Positions 1 through 8,418 of a stretch of DNA of 64,000 nucleotides are shown here, one piece after another. The stretch spans positions 204,348 through 268,347 of the forward strand of contig OV788638.1 in NCBI GenBank assembly GCA_928721565.1, in the 5' to 3' direction. Source of the stretch: an uncultured Clostridia bacterium (GTDB lineage Bacteria > Bacillota > Clostridia > TANB77 > CAG-508). The position numbers were made by a program, and so were the translations under genes. Each line of letters starts with the position of its first letter. Within the stretch, counting starts at the first letter, position 1. The notes beneath the pieces are model-generated. The model saw only the letters and a program-made list of their open reading frames with translations. It was not told where the DNA came from and did no database searches.

Positions 1-437
1 TCACCAATATCTGCAAATTCTATAATTTCTTGCTCACGATTTCTTATTTCTTCATTAGTTAATCCCATGACCTGACCATGTTGATAAATATTCTCATAAC
101 CTGTTAATTCTTGATTAAATGCTGTTCCTAATTCTAGTAATGAACTTATTTTGCCTTTTGCTTCAATTGTTCCAGAAGTTGGAGTAACTACTCCTGTAAT
201 CATTTTTAATAATGTTGATTTTCCAGCCCCATTTTTTCCTAATACTCCTAACACTTCTCCTTTTTTTACTTCTAAATTAAAATCATGCATGGCTTCAAAA
301 ATTCCATGTCTTTCGACTGTAGGAAATAGTGTTTCTATTATTCTATCTTTCTTTCTAGCAAACATTTTATATCCTTTTGAAAGTCCATCTATTTTCAATA
401 CAACTTCTGATGAAGTTTTGTTTTTTTTATTGTTCAT
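1..437 (-). CDS. ABC transporter ATP-binding protein (teichoic acid/polysaccharide export, TagH/KpsT-like). Only the N-terminal part is in the window; the gene continues beyond position 1.
   Basis: Reverse translation from the ATG at 437 gives [26 protein letters not shown]...[23 protein letters not shown], a Walker A motif. The +strand ORF 151..543 is its antisense shadow. Confidence 0.8.
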   Translation of the reverse strand, partial: MNNKKNKTSSEVVLKIDGLSKGYKMFARKKDRIIETLFPTVERHGIFEAMHDFNLEVKKGEVLGVLGKNGAGKSTLLKMITGVVTPTSGTIEAKGKISSLLELGTAFNQELTGYENIYQHGQVMGLTNEEIRNREQEIIEFADIG

Positions 438-446
438 CTTTCTATT

Positions 447-1442
447 TTATCTCCTTTTCAGTATTTTTAATACTCTATATCTAATATTAAACAATATTTT
501 TCCGATGAATGGCATATTCATTATAACAAAATTTTCCAGATAATATATTGGTGTTTCAGTTTTATATAATTTATGGAATACATTCCACCCCATAAAATTA
601 AAGTTTTTCTTATTTTTTATATTTCTAAAATAATCTAATGCCTTTTCATTTTGTTCTTGTAATTCTTTTGGAAATTTTTCTTTATTATTTACATATGTTC
701 CAAAAACTCCCAGTTTCACATTTATAAACAATTCTCTTACTTGTTCTAATTTTCTAAATCCATGTGATATTTTATCTGTTCCAACTTGGTTATTTCCATG
801 TTGTCTATATTTTATATATTTTTCTGGCATATATGCTAATTTTCCATTTAAAGCTACTATAAGTCCTATCCAATGATCATGTATTAAATACTTAGAATCT
901 GTTGGTATTGGTACTATCTTTTCAATAAATTCTTTTTTTGATAAAACTGTACATCCAGTCACACAATTATATAAATAGTTTACTTTATAACTATCTATGT
1001 ACTTGTTTATCTTTCTGTTTAGCATCATAAAATCTCCAAATGACGGATATATTGTCTTTAAATTTTGATCAACAACTTCTAAATCTCCAAACACCAAATC
1101 TGCATTTTGTTTTGTTAAAGTTTCAATTGATTTTTCTACCTTTATTGGTAGCCATACATCATCTTGATCAGCTAACATATAATAATTACTTTTTACTTTT
1201 TTCAAAAGAAATTCTATTCCTTTTACTACGCCGATATTTTCTTTTTGTAAATATAATTCTATTCTTTCGTCTTTCTTTCTATATTCTTCTAATATTTTAG
1301 GTGTTGAATCTTTTGAACAATCATCTGAAATTATTAATCTTATATTTTTATATGTTTGATTTAATATACTATCCAACTGCTCTTTTAAATATTTTTCTCC
1401 ATTATATGTTGGGAGTAATATATCTATAGTATCATTATTCAT
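447..1442 (-). CDS. Family-2 glycosyltransferase
   Basis: N-terminal DILLPTYNGEKYLKEQLDSILNQTYKNIRLIISDDCSKDST is a GT-A (DxD) fold. It is paralogous to 5622..6599. Confidence 0.75.
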   Translation of the reverse strand: MNNDTIDILLPTYNGEKYLKEQLDSILNQTYKNIRLIISDDCSKDSTPKILEEYRKKDERIELYLQKENIGVVKGIEFLLKKVKSNYYMLADQDDVWLPIKVEKSIETLTKQNADLVFGDLEVVDQNLKTIYPSFGDFMMLNRKINKYIDSYKVNYLYNCVTGCTVLSKKEFIEKIVPIPTDSKYLIHDHWIGLIVALNGKLAYMPEKYIKYRQHGNNQVGTDKISHGFRKLEQVRELFINVKLGVFGTYVNNKEKFPKELQEQNEKALDYFRNIKNKKNFNFMGWNVFHKLYKTETPIYYLENFVIMNMPFIGKILFNIRYRVLKILKRR

Positions 1443-1456
1443 TTTATTTCCTCACT

Positions 1457-2251
1457 TTATAGCACATCTGCAAAATCTTTTTTGCTCTTTTTGAATATAT
1501 AATTTCCCCATACAAATATGATTATAGTTAAACTCCAAAATATAAGTGTATAAATTCCATGTCCACTTATCACTATGTTACTTGTTCCCATAAAACAGTC
1601 TCTAAATCCTGTTACTAGATATGTAAATGGTAAGCATTTCATAGCTCTTGATATCGTATGATGTTCTGCTATCATGCTTAAATCCCATACTACTGGTGTA
1701 AGCCACATTCCTATTTGCATAATAATTCCTAATAAATTTGAAAAGTCTGGTACTAGTGTTGCTACAGCTGATGTGAATCTTGTAATAGCAATTAAAAAAA
1801 TATATACTGAAAAAATCATATATACAAGTTGTAAAATATTAGGTATAAACTTAAAAATAGCACATACTAGTGTTGCAATCACCATCAAAAACACTGCAAC
1901 AAATGCATTTGCAAATAATGATATTATAGGTATTATATCAACTGGGAAAACCACTTTTTTTACCAAATAGCTATATCCCCTTATTGAATTACTTGCACCT
2001 ATTATTCCATCATTTATTGTCATCCACATTGCCATTCCTGGCATAAACCATACAACATATGGAGCACCTTCTGGGCCTGTTTGTTTAAATATGTATTGGA
2101 ATACTATTACATACATCATCATAAATACAAATGGTTGTAAAAAACCCCATACACTTCCTAAGCTTGTATTGGCAAATCTATTTTTAAAATCATTTTTTCC
2201 TAATTGTAATACTAATCTTTTATTTTTCCATAAAGTTTTTATAAATTCCAT
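1457..2251 (-). CDS. ABC-2 type polysaccharide/teichoic-acid export permease (TagG/Wzm-like)
   Basis: Six-TM ABC-2 permease signature with LGSVWGFLQPFVFMMMYVIVF. It lies immediately upstream of the GT2 gene and the ATPase. Confidence 0.75.
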   Translation of the reverse strand: MEFIKTLWKNKRLVLQLGKNDFKNRFANTSLGSVWGFLQPFVFMMMYVIVFQYIFKQTGPEGAPYVVWFMPGMAMWMTINDGIIGASNSIRGYSYLVKKVVFPVDIIPIISLFANAFVAVFLMVIATLVCAIFKFIPNILQLVYMIFSVYIFLIAITRFTSAVATLVPDFSNLLGIIMQIGMWLTPVVWDLSMIAEHHTISRAMKCLPFTYLVTGFRDCFMGTSNIVISGHGIYTLIFWSLTIIIFVWGNYIFKKSKKDFADVL

Positions 2252-2382
2252 ATTTCCTCCATTGTTTTTTATATTTTCTCTTTTATTACATTTTCTCTTG
2301 TTATTCTACTATAAGAGCTATTTAAAGTCAATAATTTAACCTTAAATAGCTCTAAACTTATATATTTTTTTATTCTAAACAT

Positions 2383-3156
2383 TTAAATTTTTTCACATAT
2401 CAAGTTGATTACACTTTCCATAATTTCTTTATTGTCTAATTGATTATTTATATTTTCTGTAATGCAAATTAGCATTTTCTCTCCATCTTCAAAATATTCA
2501 TATGTTTGATATTCATCCATGTCCTCAAATGAATAATCCTGTATCTCTCCTGTAATTTCATCAATTATATAACATTTGCTTGATATTGTTATACTATATA
2601 TTTTTTTACCATTTATAACATTTTCAATTTTCTTATCATACTCATTCTGATTGCTTTTATCTTCTATTTTCAAATATCCATTTTTATCTATACTATATTT
2701 AGATAATGCTACACTCGATAAATATTTCAAAAATTCTGTTCTATCTTTTTCATAAATCCATATTCCTTTTTCTATTGGTTGATTGTTGTTTAAAAGATTA
2801 TCTAATTCTTCTTTTTCTGGTTTTGAATCTTTTATCATTCCAGCAAATGCGACCTTATATTTTATACTACTTTTTATTGTTGCAACTTTTGCATTATTAT
2901 CTCCATATTGTATTTCGTACAAGTCACTTTCACCTTGTTTTCCTGTTTCTTTTATTAATTCTTCTAACTGTTCTTGAGATATTTCTTCTTTTTCATTATT
3001 ATCTTCTTTTATCTCTTCCTTTATCTCTTCTTTTGCCTCTTCATCTTTTAAGATTATATTTTTATTCGACTTTTTCTTCACAAAAATCAAACTCAAAATC
3101 ATTCCTAAAAGCAATATAATTATTAATATTATTAATATCATTTTTTTATATTTCAT
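2383..3156 (-). CDS. Hypothetical protein with an N-terminal membrane anchor and a Glu/Lys-rich linker
   Basis: A TM segment MILIILIIILLLGMILSLIF is followed by an E/K-rich low-complexity stretch and a C-terminal globular region. No recognisable family. Confidence 0.4.
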   Translation of the reverse strand: MKYKKMILIILIIILLLGMILSLIFVKKKSNKNIILKDEEAKEEIKEEIKEDNNEKEEISQEQLEELIKETGKQGESDLYEIQYGDNNAKVATIKSSIKYKVAFAGMIKDSKPEKEELDNLLNNNQPIEKGIWIYEKDRTEFLKYLSSVALSKYSIDKNGYLKIEDKSNQNEYDKKIENVINGKKIYSITISSKCYIIDEITGEIQDYSFEDMDEYQTYEYFEDGEKMLICITENINNQLDNKEIMESVINLICEKI

Positions 3157-3203
3157 ATTTTATAATAAAAGGGTTACAAAATTATAACCCTTTGTTCCTT
3201 TCA

Positions 3204-5612
3204 TTAATTCATATTTCTAAGCATATCTAATGTTGCATTAATATATCTATTTGCAAAATTTTTATTCACAACTGACTGATGTCCTGTAACTCCTTGTTTT
3301 GGTAATTCTATTAATGCTGTTTTAGCTGCTCTATTTGTTGAACCTAAATAAGTTCTTCCCCATGCTATCATATATCCTGTTCCATATCTCCCAACAGACT
3401 TTTTATTATTTTCTGGAAATTGCCTATCATAATATGAACAAATTTCTTCATTGCCTATTAATTGTTGTGTCCATCCATGCAAATCAACTAGAAGTGTTTG
3501 TCCATTTTGTGATTTATTAGCCAACATAAAATTCCTTAACGTTTGTGCTTCATATGCTTGAAATCCAGCTGTTCCATTATAATTTCGGCTAGATGTAAAT
3601 CTTTGATATGAACTTCCTATTTGCCAACATCTATTCATGTCAATTCCTTTATTGTTAGGTGCTTGACTATATAGCGTTGTTCTTCCAGGTCCATTATTAG
3701 TCCATCCATTTGTTAATCCATCTTGATTAATACCTGGGAATATGTATATTGTCCATTTATCTGCCAAATCGTAATCTTTATCATTTAATAATTTATTATA
3801 AAATTGATTTGCAATATCAACTAATTCATATCCATCTCGACTCCATATATCCTCATACCCATGAATTGCAAATGTTGCAAAAAATACATTAGGTCCATTT
3901 CCATATTTTAAATAATTCAAATTATTTCCACCTTGCCCAGAAACCCTTAAACCTGTTTGTCCATATGTTCCTGATTGGTATTCTATTTTAGGTCTAATAT
4001 TTATATTAACTATTTTTTCTAATATCAAATTATTCTGTTTATCAAAGGCCTGAACCTTTAATACTCCTTTTGTGTTTGCTAGTTCGCTTAAATTTAATAT
4101 TGCTTCGAATCCAGGTAATGGATTATATTCTTTTCCTCCATAACCTTTTATTATTTCAAGTACATCATTTCTTGATGTTCTTGTTATCCCAGAATCAATT
4201 TTTTCATCATTAAATAATATCCTAATATTTACATTTTCAATATTAGTCATTAACCAGCCTTTAACCTTTACTTTTTCTGCTCCAACTTTGTTAGCTGGTT
4301 CGTCTATATACATAGTCACTCTGTCATGTGCAATTTTAGGTACTATTTTTATTTCTATTGCTTCTAGTCTTAGTCCTTTTTCTTCAGTTCCTGCAGTTTC
4401 TCCATCATTTGCCCAACCTTGCCATCCAACATCTTGTACTAGTACTCTATATTCAATGCTATATTCCTCTGTGTTTTCGATTTCTATCTTTATAGCCTCT
4501 ATTCTTTTGCTCTGCGATACCGTTCCTGCAATCTCTCCATTGTATTTCCAATCTTGCCAGCCTATATCTTGTACATGTACCCTATATTTTATTCTCATAT
4601 TATCAGTTGCATTAATTAAGTTTAATTTTATTGCTTCTATTCTTAGCAATCTTCCTTCTGTTCCTGCTTTTTCGCCATCTTTTTTCAAATTTTGCCACCC
4701 AATATCTTGCACATGTGCTGAATATGTTACATGAAGTTCTGTATCATAAAATATGTGTGATTCTAAAGTTCCTATTACTTTTCCTTTAGAATTTATTGTG
4801 TCAATTTTTATTATATGTTGACCTGCACTTAAATCTCTTGTATCAATTTCAAAACTATATTGTGGCATTAGATTCTGTTTAACAGTTCCATATCCTACTA
4901 CTCCTTTAATAACATCAGGTCTTTCTGCATATTTTATTCTATCTTCATCTAATTTTATTTGGTCAAAATAAGCTACTATCTTTGTATCTGAAACATCAGC
5001 CATTTTCCAACCAACTACATTTATTTTATCATTTTTATAATACACTGTTCCATCTTGTGCTTGATCCAAGTTCATTAAAACCTTAGCTCTTTTTTCTACT
5101 ATCTTTATTTCTATCGCTTCTAATCTTTTTAATTGTCCTTCTGTTCCTGCTGTCTCTCCATCATATTTCCAATCTTGCCATCCTATATCTTGGATATGTA
5201 CTCTATACATTATTGAATATTCTTCTGTTTCTTCTAATTCTATTTTTATCGCTTCTAATCTTTTAGATTGTCCTTCTGTTCCTGCTAATTCTCCATCATA
5301 TTTCCAGCCTTGCCATCCTATATCTTGTACATGTGTTTTATACTTTATTTTTATACCATCTGGCAAATTAGTTGAATTGATTTTTATTGCTTCTAATCTT
5401 TTAGATTGTCCTTCCGTTCCTGCCAATTCTCCATCATTTTTCCAACCTTGCCATCCGACATCTTGTACATGACAACTATATGTAACTCTAATATTTCCTT
5501 CCTCATACTCATTTCCTTGCACTTTCATCATTATAGCTATTTGCAATACAATTAAAAGCATTAATGCTTTTAACACTTTATACCCCTTATTATTTTTCAC
5601 TAAATATACCAC
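3204..5612 (-). CDS. Secreted ChW-repeat (clostridial hydrophobic W) protein with a C-terminal M14-like zinc carboxypeptidase / gamma-D-Glu-DAP peptidase domain
   Basis: A signal peptide is followed by at least 9 copies of a ~50-aa unit, Y..HVQDIGWQ.WK.DGE.AGT.G.SKRLEAIKI (the ChW consensus). The C-terminus has HGYE ... DLHGW, which resembles the M14 HxxE...H zinc ligands. Confidence 0.65.
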   Translation of the reverse strand: MVYLVKNNKGYKVLKALMLLIVLQIAIMMKVQGNEYEEGNIRVTYSCHVQDVGWQGWKNDGELAGTEGQSKRLEAIKINSTNLPDGIKIKYKTHVQDIGWQGWKYDGELAGTEGQSKRLEAIKIELEETEEYSIMYRVHIQDIGWQDWKYDGETAGTEGQLKRLEAIEIKIVEKRAKVLMNLDQAQDGTVYYKNDKINVVGWKMADVSDTKIVAYFDQIKLDEDRIKYAERPDVIKGVVGYGTVKQNLMPQYSFEIDTRDLSAGQHIIKIDTINSKGKVIGTLESHIFYDTELHVTYSAHVQDIGWQNLKKDGEKAGTEGRLLRIEAIKLNLINATDNMRIKYRVHVQDIGWQDWKYNGEIAGTVSQSKRIEAIKIEIENTEEYSIEYRVLVQDVGWQGWANDGETAGTEEKGLRLEAIEIKIVPKIAHDRVTMYIDEPANKVGAEKVKVKGWLMTNIENVNIRILFNDEKIDSGITRTSRNDVLEIIKGYGGKEYNPLPGFEAILNLSELANTKGVLKVQAFDKQNNLILEKIVNINIRPKIEYQSGTYGQTGLRVSGQGGNNLNYLKYGNGPNVFFATFAIHGYEDIWSRDGYELVDIANQFYNKLLNDKDYDLADKWTIYIFPGINQDGLTNGWTNNGPGRTTLYSQAPNNKGIDMNRCWQIGSSYQRFTSSRNYNGTAGFQAYEAQTLRNFMLANKSQNGQTLLVDLHGWTQQLIGNEEICSYYDRQFPENNKKSVGRYGTGYMIAWGRTYLGSTNRAAKTALIELPKQGVTGHQSVVNKNFANRYINATLDMLRNMN

Positions 5613-5621
5613 CTTATTTAA

Positions 5622-6599
5622 TTATTTTAAAAACACTAAATACGCTAAAACCGGAAAATGAAACAACACAATCTCTCTAACCATCTTTTTACCTTGATTC
5701 TTTCCAGCTAAAATTTTAAAAAACTCACTAAAATTCCAATTAATTTTAGTACTCTTCAAAACATCTGAATAATACCTTTCCGCTTCTTCCATAAACATCT
5801 GATCATCTCTGATAGCCGCATATTCCTTGCACATTTTAATACCACCAAGATAAGCTCTATTAATAGCATCTTTTCTGTATTCTAAAAAAGAGTTATAACT
5901 ATTGCCATGATCATTTTTCCATCTAGCAAGATTCTGATTTAAACTTCTTCCACCAAAAACATTAGTTCCATGTAATCTATAATCGAACAGAGCATCTTCA
6001 ATATAGCATATACCTTTTCCTTCATTCGCAAGAAATGCGGCAAGCCAATCATGTGCAATAACATCTTTTTTAAATGGAATCATTTTTTCTTTAACAGTTT
6101 TGGTAATAATTTGCGAACATCCTATTCCAACACATCTTGAAATAGCCAATTTGCTATTTTCTTTTACTAATGGCACATTTTTGTATTTAAAGTAATCATC
6201 TTGAATAACAACTCCATCTTCGTCAATTTGTCTACAGTTGCAATAGACCATATCAACATTTTCTTCTTTTAATTTAGATAAGCTTTTTTCAACTTTATCT
6301 TTATGCCATATATCATCATGATCTGAAAACATTATATAATCTGCTGTTGATTGTTGTAGTAAAAATTCAAAATTTTTATTATACCCTAAGTTTTTAGGTT
6401 GAATATACAATTCTATCCTTTTATCTTGCATTTTATATTGTTTCAATATTTTCGCAATTTGTGGATTAGTAGAATTGTCATCACTTATGTATATTTTAAT
6501 ATTTTTATATGTTTGGTTTAATATACTTTCTATTTGCTTTTTTAAATATTTTTCATTGGTATTATATGTTGTAACTAAAATATCAACTAATTCTTCCAT
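5622..6599 (-). CDS. Family-2 glycosyltransferase, paralog of 447..1442
   Basis: DILVTTYNTNEKYLKKQIESILNQTYKNIKIYISDDNSTNP; the N-terminal 50 residues align with the other GT2. Confidence 0.75.
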   Translation of the reverse strand: MEELVDILVTTYNTNEKYLKKQIESILNQTYKNIKIYISDDNSTNPQIAKILKQYKMQDKRIELYIQPKNLGYNKNFEFLLQQSTADYIMFSDHDDIWHKDKVEKSLSKLKEENVDMVYCNCRQIDEDGVVIQDDYFKYKNVPLVKENSKLAISRCVGIGCSQIITKTVKEKMIPFKKDVIAHDWLAAFLANEGKGICYIEDALFDYRLHGTNVFGGRSLNQNLARWKNDHGNSYNSFLEYRKDAINRAYLGGIKMCKEYAAIRDDQMFMEEAERYYSDVLKSTKINWNFSEFFKILAGKNQGKKMVREIVLFHFPVLAYLVFLK

Positions 6600-6602
6600 A
6601 TT

Positions 6603-7310
6603 TTATCCCTTTTCTAATTTTTCATTAAAATATAATTTTGTTATTAACCTTAATTCATTTAGTGATTCATCTTTTAAATTAAATGAAAACAATTTTTTAG
6701 GTGGTGCCATAACTATATATTTTATGGCATTCATTGTGCTCTCACTCATTTGCAGGCAACTTTTGTCTTGCCTTCCACATGCAGAACATTTAAATCCATT
6801 ATCTCTTAAGCTAAAGTATATCAATTCTTCTTTTTGCTTACAATTTACACATTCTGTTATCCTTGGTGTAAAACCTAAAAAACATAATATTTTTAATTTA
6901 AATATACTTGTTATTAGTTCTGGATTTTTGTCTGTTTCTGATAATGTATATAATGTGTTTAAAAATAATTGTAAAATTTTATAGCAGTTTTCATTTTCAT
7001 CTGTCACATCTCTAATTATTTTTGTCATTCCTACTGCGTAATTTAGCTTGTCCAAATCTGTTCTTAAATTGTAAAATACTTCTATTGTTTCACAGGAATT
7101 TATGTTATATGTATTTGCTCCTTTATACATTAAATATTCTCCAAAACACAAGAATTGTGTTCCTGCAAGTAAGGCGCTTCTTTGTCTTCTGGCGCCTTTT
7201 GCAACACATGATATTTTACCTAATCCTGGTGTTAACATTGTTAGCATTTTGTCATAATCACCTAAATTATTTTCAGAAATTATTATACCACTCATTTTTA
7301 TTGTTCCCAT
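6603..7310 (-). CDS. recO: DNA repair protein RecO
   Basis: An OB-fold N-terminus (GIIISENNLGDYDKMLTMLTPGLGKISCVAKGARR) is followed by a C4 zinc finger CVNC...CSAC. The gene sits directly downstream of era. Confidence 0.8.
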   Translation of the reverse strand: MGTIKMSGIIISENNLGDYDKMLTMLTPGLGKISCVAKGARRQRSALLAGTQFLCFGEYLMYKGANTYNINSCETIEVFYNLRTDLDKLNYAVGMTKIIRDVTDENENCYKILQLFLNTLYTLSETDKNPELITSIFKLKILCFLGFTPRITECVNCKQKEELIYFSLRDNGFKCSACGRQDKSCLQMSESTMNAIKYIVMAPPKKLFSFNLKDESLNELRLITKLYFNEKLEKG

Positions 7311-7440
7311 TCTGTTCCTCCATTGGCTGTTTTATTTTTTTATCTATTTGTTCTTCTATATTTTGTATTTGTTTTAGTTCTAAAAATGTATTTACATCTC
7401 CTGTGTTTTTAAAGGTATTCCATGCAATTTTTTTAATCAT
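7273..7440 (-). CDS. yqzL: YqzL-family small protein (55 aa), absent from the ORF track
   Basis: Manual translation gives MIKKIAWNTFKNTGDVNTFLELKQIQNIEEQ..., matching the YqzL pattern (W..F..TG.I..YL..K.I). The conserved era-yqzL-recO synteny supports it. Its 3' end overlaps the recO start by about 38 nt. Confidence 0.5.
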   Translation of the reverse strand: MIKKIAWNTFKNTGDVNTFLELKQIQNIEEQIDKKIKQPMEEQNGNNKNEWYNNF

Positions 7441-7498
7441 AAGCTCACTTCCTCTAATTCTATCTTTCGCAATTCGTATACAAATTATGCATTTATCT

Positions 7499-8404
7499 CT
7501 ATTGTAATTTAAATTTTTTTACTATTGTTGAATCATCTTGCCAATCCTCTTTAACTTTTACCCATGTTTTTAAGTTTACTTTTGTTCCAAAATTTGCTTC
7601 CATATCTATTCTAGCTGATTGACCTATTCGTTTCAACATACTGCCATTCTTACCAATTATAATCCCCTTATGAGAATTTCTTAGACAATAAATTGTTGCT
7701 TCTATGTCATACATAGGTTCTCCATTTTGATTTTTTCTGTATTTCATTTTCTCAACTTCAACATATATTCCATGTGGTACTTCATCTTGTAAGAATGTAA
7801 GTGCCTTTTCTCTTATTGTTTCTTCTGCTAGTTGTCTTAATGTTTGATCTGTATACTCCTCTGTATCATAATATGCAGGACCTGGTTTTAGGTTCTTTTC
7901 AATTTCGTCTAAAATTATATTTCTATATTTTGTTTGTAAAGATGATATCGGTATTACAGCTTCAAAATTATATTCTTTTTGGTATATATCTATTAATTTT
8001 AGAAGTTTTTCTCTTTTTATTAAGTCTATTTTGTTTATTATTAGTATGGCTTTTTTATTTGATTCTTTTATTTTTTCAAGAATTCTCATGTCTCCTCTAC
8101 CAATTTCTTCACTTGTAGCTTCTATTACAAATAATATTAAATCTATTTCGTTTATAACTCCAAAAGAAGTTTCTACCATTGTTTCATTTAATTTTGTTTT
8201 TGGCTTATGAATTCCTGGTGTATCTATAAATATTATTTGTGAATTTTCTCTATTAACAATCCCTCTAATTGCTGTTCTTGTTGTTTGAACTTTGTTTGCT
8301 GTTGCTGCTACTTTCTCACCTACTAATAAATTTACTAATGTGGATTTCCCAACATTGGTTCTTCCAAGCATTGCAACAAAGCCTGATTTAAATTCTTTTT
8401 TCAT
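7499..8404 (-). CDS. era: GTPase Era
   Basis: G1 motif GRTNVGKST, followed by G3/G4 motifs and a C-terminal KH domain. Confidence 0.9.
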   Translation of the reverse strand: MKKEFKSGFVAMLGRTNVGKSTLVNLLVGEKVAATANKVQTTRTAIRGIVNRENSQIIFIDTPGIHKPKTKLNETMVETSFGVINEIDLILFVIEATSEEIGRGDMRILEKIKESNKKAILIINKIDLIKREKLLKLIDIYQKEYNFEAVIPISSLQTKYRNIILDEIEKNLKPGPAYYDTEEYTDQTLRQLAEETIREKALTFLQDEVPHGIYVEVEKMKYRKNQNGEPMYDIEATIYCLRNSHKGIIIGKNGSMLKRIGQSARIDMEANFGTKVNLKTWVKVKEDWQDDSTIVKKFKLQ

Positions 8405-8418
8405 TTTGCTTTCCTTTC

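Noticed and set aside
151-543. A 130-aa +strand ORF
   Set aside because: It is the antisense shadow of the TagH-like ABC ATPase. The Walker [10 protein letters not shown] is read on the minus strand, and the product is low-complexity.
2316-2355. An 11-bp-stem hairpin between the 257-aa gene and tagG, as a terminator
   Set aside because: No adjacent U-tract on the minus strand; it may only be an attenuating structure. Not reported as a feature.
4288-4734. A +strand ORF inside the ChW-repeat gene, and similar +strand ORFs inside ligA (24888..25421), gatB (29728..30438), fruA (47363..47965), fruK (48256..48810) and the transposase (50746..51234)
   Set aside because: These are shadow ORFs typical of AT-rich DNA, giving hydrophobic, low-complexity products. 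The opposite strand carries well-supported genes.
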